From positions 1 to 33,681 of the IMG/VR virus record IMGVR_UViG_3300028405_000011: 33,681 bases of DNA; one strand, given 5' to 3'. Below, one piece after another: positions 27,394-33,681 of this stretch (position 1 is its first letter; each line of letters opens with the position of its first letter). A model generated the notes under the pieces. The model ran no database searches and was not told the DNA's origin. It worked only from the letters and a program-made list of their open reading frames with translations. The position numbers and the translations under genes were made by a program. The DNA comes from a virus. Taxonomy: Duplodnaviria > Caudoviricetes.

Positions 27394-27930
27394 TTATTGA
27401 TCCATACGTTGCTGCTCAGGCAACTGTTCACGAATATCTTTGTCGATGAAGTCTTCAGGTGCAATAGGTAGGATGAAGCCACGGATCAGCGGCACGCCAT
27501 CTTCGGCCTTGAGGTTGGCATCCAGTTCACTCTTCGAGCCGTATACCATATACATCAGGCTATCGAACTCTTTGCTGTTCACACTCATCTTGCCAGTGTC
27601 TTCCTGCACGGTGAATACATTGAGTAAACGGCCAGAGGTTGCGACATCACCGATCTTAGCAGTGAGGTTGGTGTCCATATTGTGCTCAGTCTTTGCAAGC
27701 ATAATATCAGCGATCGTCATATCCTCGAGCATCGCCTCGAGCTTAGCACGTGGTGTCTTTGCTTTGTTCCACGATCCATCGTTACGGTTCTCAGGGTTGT
27801 CACTGAAGCCACCAACGCCAGCTGGATTACCTGATTGTCCAGGTGCAAACTTACCCCCCCCAGTTCTTTGTATCTCACCTGCTTGCTTTGTAGCAGGTTG
27901 CGTATCTGTTGTTTCTATGTTGTCGCTCAT
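27394..27930 (-). CDS. terS: Terminase small subunit
   Basis: GKFAPGQSGNPAG motif; abuts TerL; GGAG SD. Confidence 0.8.
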   Translation of the reverse strand: MSDNIETTDTQPATKQAGEIQRTGGGKFAPGQSGNPAGVGGFSDNPENRNDGSWNKAKTPRAKLEAMLEDMTIADIMLAKTEHNMDTNLTAKIGDVATSGRLLNVFTVQEDTGKMSVNSKEFDSLMYMVYGSKSELDANLKAEDGVPLIRGFILPIAPEDFIDKDIREQLPEQQRMDQ

Positions 27931-27939
27931 ACAACTCCC

Positions 27940-28230
27940 TTACCCTTTCTGCTCGCTACGCTCTATAGCTGCAGGCTTATTGATTAATCTCATCTTCTCA
28001 CGGTTCTTCTGTCTATGGCAAGGCATACACAGTACCTGCCAGTTGGTCATATCGAATGGATCGACTCGTGGATCCTCCACATCTTTGATATGGTCTACGG
28101 TCATAAGAGGTTTTGATAACTTATCGCCGCACTTCGCACACGACTGGCCGTACTTAAACACTCGCTTCAGTTCTTTGAACGCACTGTTGAGCTCAGGTGT
28201 ATTTGCTATCGATTGATAGAACAGACTCAT
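27940..28230 (-). CDS. HNH endonuclease (terminase-adjacent)
   Basis: CAKC...VDHI...NWQVLCMPCHRQK. Confidence 0.88.
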   Translation of the reverse strand: MSLFYQSIANTPELNSAFKELKRVFKYGQSCAKCGDKLSKPLMTVDHIKDVEDPRVDPFDMTNWQVLCMPCHRQKNREKMRLINKPAAIERSEQKG

Positions 28231-28287
28231 AGAGTTTTATTTTTCATCAGCTGGCTCCTGGCCTGTTGCTTTAATGTTTGTGCTTTA

Positions 28288-28296
28288 ATCATACCA
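28288..28296 (-). promoter_or_regulatory. Extended -10 promoter (TGgTATGAT) for the packaging operon
   Basis: Lies just after a terminator hairpin, upstream of HNH-TerS-TerL. Confidence 0.5.
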
Positions 28297-28300
28297 TATG

Positions 28301-28327
28301 AAAAAGCCACCTCGTGAGAGATGGCTT
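28301..28327 (-). terminator. Intrinsic terminator-like hairpin
   Basis: AAGCCATCTC-TCAC-GAGGTGGCTT then TTT. Confidence 0.7.
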
Positions 28328-28382
28328 GATCAGGCGTATAGTAACATAGCATAGCTACATTACTTATAATATCATACGCTGC

Positions 28383-28412
28383 AAAAAAACAACCACCTTT
28401 TTCCAGGTGGTT
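28383..28412 (-). terminator. Intrinsic terminator
   Basis: AACCACCT-GGAAAA-AGGTGGTT then GTTTTTTT. Confidence 0.8.
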
Positions 28413-28547
28413 CTTTTCCATAAAGGCTCTCAGGCTTATTGCCTACCGCAGATGCGACGAGATACAGGTGCCTACATCTCACATTGGCTGCTACAAGCTA
28501 GGCGGTAGTCCTCACTTGGTTCATTGAGCTTTCGCTGCCGCACCTAC
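28383..28547 (-). ncRNA. Candidate ~165-nt structured non-coding RNA (family not recognised)
   Basis: 11-bp closing stem enclosing three hairpins, with several G-U pairs valid only on the minus strand; TGaTACTAT upstream and a terminator downstream. Confidence 0.6.
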
Positions 28548-28551
28548 TGCT

Positions 28552-28560
28552 ATAGTATCA
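28552..28560 (-). promoter_or_regulatory. Extended -10 promoter (TGaTACTAT) for the candidate RNA
   Basis: Overlaps the upstream stop codon; 4 nt before the first stem. Confidence 0.5.
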
Positions 28561-28764
28561 CTTCCATCCTTTCTCATAATAGTGATCTTTCTCGTGGCTC
28601 CTGTTGATCTTGGCCGCTTTGTTGCGAGCGTGGATCTGAGCACCTCTTGCTATCTTTGGATCGGTACCTGCAGGGATCCGCAGCGTAACGACACCCATAT
28701 AGCCCAGCCTGGCGAGCCGCTTGTAGTATGGTACCAGCGGCTCGAGTTTCTTACGCTTTGCCAC
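28558..28764 (-). CDS. Basic hypothetical protein (start probably GTG 28764)
   Basis: Lys/Arg-rich ORF overlapping the upstream stop. Confidence 0.55.
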   Translation of the reverse strand: MAKRKKLEPLVPYYKRLARLGYMGVVTLRIPAGTDPKIARGAQIHARNKAAKINRSHEKDHYYEKGWK

Positions 28765-28960
28765 TGAATGATGACATCTCTTTACAGTCGCCGCATCGCC
28801 CCTCGACTGCATCTGATCCGATCATAGTCAGGTTACTTGGCTCACCCTGCATCGTTGCACCGCAGCAGTTGCTGAGCTGCTCGTCACACCTGCCGCACTT
28901 GCAGTCTTGCAGTACGCCATCATCATCGTAGTAGCTAGGACACTGATACATTTCTACCAT
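28751..28960 (-). CDS. Small Cys-rich zinc-binding protein
   Basis: CxCxxC, SNCCGA and GRCxxCKE; GAAAGG SD. Confidence 0.65.
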   Translation of the reverse strand: MVEMYQCPSYYDDDGVLQDCKCGRCDEQLSNCCGATMQGEPSNLTMIGSDAVEGRCGDCKEMSSFSGKA

Positions 28961-29202
28961 ACGAATGATACCTTTCGGCCGCCGCCAACTACGTGCTCGT
29001 ATGCTGTGCCGCTGTAAGCCAGGCTCTTTGCATCGGCGATAGCTAGTGATCGAGTAGCGTATGCCATCTCGTACGTGTAGCCATCGGTGCTTTCGAGTGT
29101 GTAGTATTTGATCGCACGTGTCTCACGATAGTGCTGCACGACTGCAGCAACTGCAAAACTCAGTGCGAATATGATTGCTATCTTTGTGAATAAAATATCC
29201 AT
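28954..29202 (-). CDS. Small protein with N-terminal TM helix
   Basis: IAIIFALSFAVAAVV; first gene after a promoter. Confidence 0.7.
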   Translation of the reverse strand: MDILFTKIAIIFALSFAVAAVVQHYRETRAIKYYTLESTDGYTYEMAYATRSLAIADAKSLAYSGTAYEHVVGGGRKVSFVW

Positions 29203-29240
29203 AATTTTATAAACCCTTTCTTTATTACTGATCTGTATTC

Positions 29241-29270
29241 AATATACCATATGCACGAGCGTAGTGTCAA
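29241..29270 (-). promoter_or_regulatory. Sigma70-type promoter with operator-like motif
   Basis: TTGACA-18 nt-TATATT; spacer holds ATGCACGAGCGT on the + strand (29251-29262). Confidence 0.8.
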
Positions 29271-29334
29271 TACTTTTTATCAATAATCTTTTCTTATTTT
29301 CATTTAACAGAGGTGAAAAAGAAGGACGATAAGC

Positions 29335-29709
29335 CTATAGCTTACCGTCCGTCTCTTTTCTGTGGCACGTTCTGCATAGCAGCCGTACGTTTGTGATCAC
29401 CATTTTCGTCGCTGCACTGCGGCCACGGCCGATGATGTGTGCGACATCCAGGTTCTCGTACACCAGGTTGCCCAGGCTATCGTGTGCAGCCCTGGCTGGC
29501 CTGCTGCACTCCTGGCATATATTGCCGAAGACTCTGATCAGATGAGGCCTGGCGATCGTATCACGCCACTTCTCATACAGTACAGTCCGATCACCCCGCT
29601 GTTTGATCGGACTGGCTGACTTGATCGTGTGCTCACGGCATTTGTTCTGGATCGTATTGTACGCCATAAACGTGTTGCTGCAGCCTTTGATCTTGCAGGT
29701 ACGTTCCAT
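29335..29709 (-). CDS. NinG-like HNH endonuclease
   Basis: N-terminal C..C..F...N..Q..C finger, CQEC, LDVAHIIGRG and NVRLLCRTCH. Confidence 0.8.
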   Translation of the reverse strand: MERTCKIKGCSNTFMAYNTIQNKCREHTIKSASPIKQRGDRTVLYEKWRDTIARPHLIRVFGNICQECSRPARAAHDSLGNLVYENLDVAHIIGRGRSAATKMVITNVRLLCRTCHRKETDGKL

Positions 29710-29949
29710 CTACAGCAGGCTTGTCTGTGGATCGTCGTACTCGACTTGCCCCATAAACTCTGCAATATCATCATCGCTGCCGAACTTCAGCTCGTGTGGC
29801 CGTAGTGCACCTTTGACTTTGACATCGACTGTGACATCGTAGCCTGCCACCTGGCCAAGTTCTTCATCAAACACTGGCTTGTTGATCACGGTTACTTTTA
29901 CGTTCGGGTTCGGGATGTAAATTGTCTTGCTTGTTAATGATTTTTTCAT
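29710..29949 (-). CDS. Hypothetical protein ending in QTSLL
   Basis: Abuts both neighbouring genes. Confidence 0.7.
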   Translation of the reverse strand: MKKSLTSKTIYIPNPNVKVTVINKPVFDEELGQVAGYDVTVDVKVKGALRPHELKFGSDDDIAEFMGQVEYDDPQTSLL

Positions 29950-29950
29950 A

Positions 29951-30244
29951 CTACTCTCTTTCTAAAATAGTTAGGTCGTCCATCGGTACCATATACAGGT
30001 AGATGTTCGGATAGTTTTTTAATGGCTCGAGTGGGTAGGTCTTAATGTCCTGGCCTTTCATATAGAATGGCAATGGATAGATCAACTGGTCGTCTGTCTT
30101 CCGCTTATACTCGATCTCGATTTGGTTATGAGTACCGATGCGGTGTGGTGCGATACCGATTGATCGCTTGCCTCCATTCCATATCGGGAACCTGATCTTG
30201 ATCACGCTGCAGGGTGTGGTTCTACTTAATGTCGTGATCTGCAT
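29951..30244 (-). CDS. Hypothetical protein (start probably ATG 30244)
   Basis: The longer ORF overlaps the KGG-like gene; MQITTLS start lies near that gene's end. Confidence 0.6.
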   Translation of the reverse strand: MQITTLSRTTPCSVIKIRFPIWNGGKRSIGIAPHRIGTHNQIEIEYKRKTDDQLIYPLPFYMKGQDIKTYPLEPLKNYPNIYLYMVPMDDLTILERE

Positions 30245-30458
30245 CTTTGTTCCCCCACCTGGCGTTAGCTGCACGGCGTGCTGCTTCAGGATCTTTGAAT
30301 GGTCGGTTGGTACTATTCTTGCCGCCCTTGCTACCGTTTTTATGGTAGAAGTCTGGCCGAGTTTTCTTGATCGTGTCACGGCGTTTCTGGCCAGGAGTAC
30401 GTACGTCGATGTTCTGCGGCTCCTGGCTGTTGTCTTGGACTGGTATGTGTATAGGCAT
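30222..30458 (-). CDS. KGG-motif-like small basic protein
   Basis: PDFYHKNGSKGGKNS...F.DPEAARRA; GGAG SD; TAATG coupling. Confidence 0.65.
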   Translation of the reverse strand: MPIHIPVQDNSQEPQNIDVRTPGQKRRDTIKKTRPDFYHKNGSKGGKNSTNRPFKDPEAARRAANARWGNKDADHDIK

Positions 30459-30673
30459 TACTCTACTCCCTCTCTGTATTTACCGTTAATTGCATCGTAG
30501 TCACCAATGGTCTGTATCACTTCGAGCTTTAGCTTAGACTGTGCCAGGTTTGCAACCAGTGTGGCTGCAATAACTTTTACTATATTGTCGAGTACTTTTG
30601 CGGTAAACCCATTTGTTGTACGACCAGATATTGTGATCTGATATACGTTCTTATACTTAGCATTCTTCGCCAT
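30458..30673 (-). CDS. Hypothetical protein
   Basis: TAATG coupling on both sides. Confidence 0.7.
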   Translation of the reverse strand: MAKNAKYKNVYQITISGRTTNGFTAKVLDNIVKVIAATLVANLAQSKLKLEVIQTIGDYDAINGKYREGVE

Positions 30674-31863
30674 TATAGTTTCTCCACGTTAGTTTCGATG
30701 TATGCGTTGATCTTCTCGATCATATCGTACACGTTGGCCACGATGTTCTGAGCTTTTTGATCCTTGGTTGCTGGTAGATCGAGCTTGATCGCTTCGAGTT
30801 TTACGGCAACGGCTTTGATCTTATCTTTCTCAGGTGCGAGTAGTGCAGCGTGCTCTGCAGCTTCACGATCAGCGATAGCTTTCTCTTCTGCAGCACGGCG
30901 ATCGGTTTCAGCTTTCTCGAGCTCTTCACGTTTCACACGCTCAGCTTCAGCAGCTGCACGTTCTTTGGCAAGTGCTTCATCACGTGCGGCTTTCTCTGCG
31001 GCTTCCTTAGCAGCGATCTCTTCCTGGTGAGTTGTGAATACCATTGAGACTTTGCTGATCAGCTGTCGCCACTGTACGTCGTTGAGGCCGAGTATATCTG
31101 CAGCAGCTACTGTTTGATCGAGTTGCTCGTACGCCTGGTTGTCTGCGTTCCACATCATACCGAGTCGAGTGACTTCATTTACACGAGCGATCTTACGATC
31201 CTCGATAGCCTGGCGTTCTTTTGCTTCACGGTTCAAACGATCATTTTCTTCCTGGATCTTGAGCTGGCGTTCACGCTCAGCCTTGGCTTCAGCTTCTTGA
31301 TCTTCGAGTGCTTTGCGATCTGCAGCAGCAGCATCGGCCGCTTCTTTCTCGAGTTTGATCAATAGCTTTTGGAATGCTTCCTCTTCCATATCGTTGAGGT
31401 TGTACATATCAGGATCAGAAAACTTCACGATCGCTGATGTACGTGCAGCCAGGCGTTCAGCTTTTTGTGCTGCAGCCTTGAGTTGCTGGTATTTCTCTTG
31501 AGTCTCGAGGTACTGTTCTGCAGGTTCGATCGTCTCTTTTACGAAGCGAGCCACTGCATCAATAGCACGGCCAGTTTTGAGTGAGTCCTCTTTCAGCTCT
31601 TTACGCTTACGCTCCACGGTGGTGCGTGCGTTCTTCAGTGCCAGGCGTTGCTCACGAGCGTGTAGCACTTCCTCTACAGTACTATCATCAGTGATCACGA
31701 TCTTCTCATAGGTAGCAAGGATGTCACCTACTTCGTTGAACGGCCCACCGAATGCAGCGACGAGTTCTTGTGCACCCTTATCGCTTACACCCTGCTCGTC
31801 GAGTATCACCTGCAGTTCGTGCTTGATGATCTCACCCTCAGCTGGTTTTGTTGTGTCTGGCAT
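30673..31863 (-). CDS. Long coiled-coil protein (DUF1351-like N-terminal region)
   Basis: AREQRLALKNARTTVERKRKELKEDSL..GRAID pattern; Glu/Ala/Lys/Arg-rich. Confidence 0.7.
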   Translation of the reverse strand: MPDTTKPAEGEIIKHELQVILDEQGVSDKGAQELVAAFGGPFNEVGDILATYEKIVITDDSTVEEVLHAREQRLALKNARTTVERKRKELKEDSLKTGRAIDAVARFVKETIEPAEQYLETQEKYQQLKAAAQKAERLAARTSAIVKFSDPDMYNLNDMEEEAFQKLLIKLEKEAADAAAADRKALEDQEAEAKAERERQLKIQEENDRLNREAKERQAIEDRKIARVNEVTRLGMMWNADNQAYEQLDQTVAAADILGLNDVQWRQLISKVSMVFTTHQEEIAAKEAAEKAARDEALAKERAAAEAERVKREELEKAETDRRAAEEKAIADREAAEHAALLAPEKDKIKAVAVKLEAIKLDLPATKDQKAQNIVANVYDMIEKINAYIETNVEKL

Positions 31864-31902
31864 ATAATAGTTCCCTTTCTTTTATTACTTAGACTCTTTT
31901 AT

Positions 31903-31929
31903 ATTATACCAACGCTCGTGCATTGTCAA
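31903..31929 (-). promoter_or_regulatory. Sigma70-type promoter with operator-like motif
   Basis: TTGACA-ATGCACGAGCGTTGG-TATAAT (15-nt spacer, TGn extension). Confidence 0.75.
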
Positions 31930-31930
31930 G

Positions 31931-31951
31931 AAAAAAGCACCGAAGTGCTTT
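31931..31951 (-). terminator. Intrinsic terminator after ssb
   Basis: AAAGCAC-TTCG-GTGCTTT then TTT (C-UUCG-G tetraloop). Confidence 0.85.
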
Positions 31952-31957
31952 AGTTTC

Positions 31958-32389
31958 TTAGAATGGGATCTCACTGAGGTCGATCGGCTTGTCCAGATCT
32001 TCTTCAGTAGGTATGTTGTCTGGCTTCTTGTCTTCCTGCTCGTACCGCTCGCTGGCTGGTGCTGCGGATGATCCGTCACCTTTGCTGCCGAGTAGCTGGA
32101 ACTGATCAATCACAACTTCAGTGGCCTTGCGTTTGATGTCGTCCTTTTCCCAGTTGCGAGTTTGGATGCGGCCAGTGATACCGATCTGTTTGCCCTTGGT
32201 AGCGTACTGGCCGAGGATCTCAGCCGCCTTGCCCCAGGCTACACAGTCGATGAAGTTCGCTGGCGAGTCCTTGCCGTAGCCATCCACCGCAAGTGCGAAT
32301 GATGCTACTTCTTTGCCACTCGTGGTTGTCTTTACCTCGAGGTCACGTACGACACGGCCTACCAGTGTTACGTTATTGATCGATGCCAT
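31958..32389 (-). CDS. ssb: Single-stranded DNA-binding protein
   Basis: INNVTLVGR, FIDCVAWG, ITGRIQTRNW; acidic tail ending EIPF. Confidence 0.96.
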   Translation of the reverse strand: MASINNVTLVGRVVRDLEVKTTTSGKEVASFALAVDGYGKDSPANFIDCVAWGKAAEILGQYATKGKQIGITGRIQTRNWEKDDIKRKATEVVIDQFQLLGSKGDGSSAAPASERYEQEDKKPDNIPTEEDLDKPIDLSEIPF

Positions 32390-32613
32390 TACTTCTCTCC
32401 TGCTTCTGTGGGGTTCATATTGATTTTAGTGCCGTCGTATGTCTGTAGTTCGTCTACACCGTTCACAACGAATAGCTTTCTGCCCACTTTAGTGATGTGT
32501 GTTACTTTTGGGGTATCTTTATCTGATTGTTCTGTGGGGTCTGCGTGAGAAGTTAATCCCCTAAAAGCTTCTGTCTCTGAAATATCTACTTTTCTTATTG
32601 GTGTATTACTCAT
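32389..32613 (-). CDS. Cassette-array hypothetical protein
   Basis: MSNTP start preceded by the shared junction with AAGGAG. Confidence 0.7.
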   Translation of the reverse strand: MSNTPIRKVDISETEAFRGLTSHADPTEQSDKDTPKVTHITKVGRKLFVVNGVDELQTYDGTKINMNPTEAGEK

Positions 32614-32642
32614 TACTTATTCTCCTTTAGTTGGGCTAGGCG
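32598..32642. repeat. Cassette junction repeat, copy 1
   Basis: Minus strand CGCCTAGCCCAACTAAAGGAGAATAAGTAATGAGTAATACACCAA. Confidence 0.85.
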
Positions 32643-32936
32643 GCGATCAAACCATGAGGTGAACTTAGCTTTTACGTGACTGTCTTCGCACCCACCGTTT
32701 GTATCAGGTAACTCTAAGATTTCTTCTATTAGCTCTATCCTTGCTTCTATCCTTGCTTCTGTTATGAGGGCTTGGATTTGAACTTTTAGTGCGTTTGGCG
32801 AAATACCACAGATGTAACACACATCTTTCAGGTCGCCATGACCACGCCCGCCCAATTTATTCAACTTACTTAGCTTGTCTAGCCACTCAAACGTCTCATC
32901 TAGTGTATTAGCTTGGGGTTTGGGGGTGTTACTCAT
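32613..32936 (-). CDS. Cassette-array hypothetical protein (IxALIxEAR family)
   Basis: MSNTPKPQANTLDE...QLKENK; internal 12-bp tandem repeat at 32734-32760. Confidence 0.75.
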   Translation of the reverse strand: MSNTPKPQANTLDETFEWLDKLSKLNKLGGRGHGDLKDVCYICGISPNALKVQIQALITEARIEARIELIEEILELPDTNGGCEDSHVKAKFTSWFDRRLAQLKENK

Positions 32937-32957
32937 CTACTTGTTCTCCTTTAGTTG
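32894..32957. repeat. Cassette junction repeat, copy 2
   Basis: Minus strand CAACTAAAGGAGAACAAGTAGATGAGTAACACCCCCAAACCCCAAGCTAATACACTAGATGAGA. Confidence 0.9.
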
Positions 32958-33368
32958 CTTAAAAACAATTATTGCACTTGGAAATGGTGCAGAGTTTTCT
33001 TGGTCGTTAAACTTTAATCTTCCTTTAATAAAACGTATCTCTGTTGCTTTCATACAGTAGTCGTGCCAGTACCTTGTATCTGTTCTGCTTGGTATCAGCA
33101 TTACAACTGTTTTACCTTTCTGCCACTCTGCGTAGGCTTTCTCTACCCACTTGGGCAACTCTTTTCCGTATGGTGGATTTACATAGTTGGACTGCCCCCA
33201 CTCGCTCGTAAGTCCGTCTATTTTATAGTTTGGCGGGCAAGGATCGTGGTCAAATCTAAACTCTGCGTCTAATATCTGGTACACAGCTTTAGGTGTTTTC
33301 CAGTCCATTTTTTGTGACATAAAGTGTACCTTTAGCGTATTAGCTTGGGGTTTGGGGGTGTTAGTCAT
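32937..33368 (-). CDS. Phage DNA N6-adenine methyltransferase (phage Dam family)
   Basis: WKTP, FDHDPC, DGL..EW, NPPYG, LIPSRTDT, FIKGRLKF and APFPS motifs. Confidence 0.92.
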   Translation of the reverse strand: MTNTPKPQANTLKVHFMSQKMDWKTPKAVYQILDAEFRFDHDPCPPNYKIDGLTSEWGQSNYVNPPYGKELPKWVEKAYAEWQKGKTVVMLIPSRTDTRYWHDYCMKATEIRFIKGRLKFNDQENSAPFPSAIIVFKQLKENK

Positions 33369-33398
33369 CTAGTTATTCTCCTTTAGTTGGGTTAGGCG
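33333..33398. repeat. Cassette junction repeat, copy 3
   Basis: Minus strand CGCCTAACCCAACTAAAGGAGAATAACTAGATGACTAACACCCCCAAACCCCAAGCTAATACGCTA. Confidence 0.9.
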
Positions 33399-33681
33399 AT
33401 CTGAATTATCTTGTCTAGGCTGGTCGGGTACTTGTAAATTGCTTATTACCATATGTTCTATGCCATCAAGTATCATTTCAGCATCTAGGTCGTGAAGTTT
33501 CGCCCAATTCTCTAAATCTAGCAAACTGTCGTTCCTTGCTTCGTTTATGAGGGCTTCTATGGCTAATTTGGCTGATTTTAATTCAGGGTACATAGCATAG
33601 TGTTCTGCAACGCTGAAATCAACACCACCTCGGTTAAGTTTATATTCGTCAAGGTTTATTAGTATCTCATCTAGTGTATTA
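33369..33681 (-). CDS. Cassette-array hypothetical protein, 5'-truncated by the window edge
   Basis: Frame is open to the window end (NTLDEILINLDEY...MYPE...AIEALINEAR...QLKENN); 33665-33681 matches the junction repeat. Confidence 0.75.
   Translation of the reverse strand, partial: NTLDEILINLDEYKLNRGGVDFSVAEHYAMYPELKSAKLAIEALINEARNDSLLDLENWAKLHDLDAEMILDGIEHMVISNLQVPDQPRQDNSDRLTQLKENN

Noticed and set aside
316-28216. Long antisense ORFs such as 316..1020, 6807..7379, 22489..23199 and 27440..28216
   Set aside because: They shadow well-supported genes on the opposite strand and show no motifs or SD
28227-28421. 64-aa ORF MEKNHLEKGG... in the ORF track
   Set aside because: It has no SD and runs through two terminator hairpins, another hairpin and a promoter box; the region is better explained as non-coding
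28383-28547. Candidate RNA as a tRNA, SAM-I or c-di-GMP riboswitch, or hammerhead ribozyme
   Set aside because: No T-loop or CCA end, no SAM-I or c-di-GMP core consensus, and no CUGAUGA; left unassigned
32598-33681. Junction repeats as a CRISPR array or integron attC sites
   Set aside because: Spacing is 300-430 bp of coding sequence, the repeats are non-palindromic and translated, and no cas or integrase gene is present
1-33681. Stop-codon reassignment as in some CPR lineages and phages
   Set aside because: Code 11 gives full-length, tightly packed genes ending in TAA, TAG and TGA

Overview
This is a 33.7-kb piece of a tailed dsDNA phage genome (Caudoviricetes). It looks podovirus/P22-like: portal, scaffold, adaptor, nozzle-like and ejection-type proteins are present, and no tape-measure or tail-tube gene is seen. 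The host is probably Saccharibacteria (CPR), inferred from the SSB tail DKPIDLSEIPF and the endolysin repeats. Almost all genes lie on the minus strand. Right to left they are: an AT-richer array of small gene cassettes sharing repeated junctions (one cassette is an N6-adenine MTase), SSB, small early genes, a NinG/HNH nuclease, a non-coding block with a strong candidate ~165-nt structured RNA, HNH-TerS-TerL-Com-like-portal-scaffold, an Acb2/Tad1-like gene, a lysis cassette, a compositionally foreign fibre module, adaptor/nozzle/tail genes, six putative ejection proteins, a displaced major capsid gene, an HTH gene, and a membrane protein plus lytic transglycosylase possibly fused by a -1 frameshift. 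A convergent plus-strand operon carries a divergent GroEL-like chaperonin. No tRNA, CRISPR array, integrase or reverse transcriptase was recognised. All product calls come from motif recognition by eye, not database searches.
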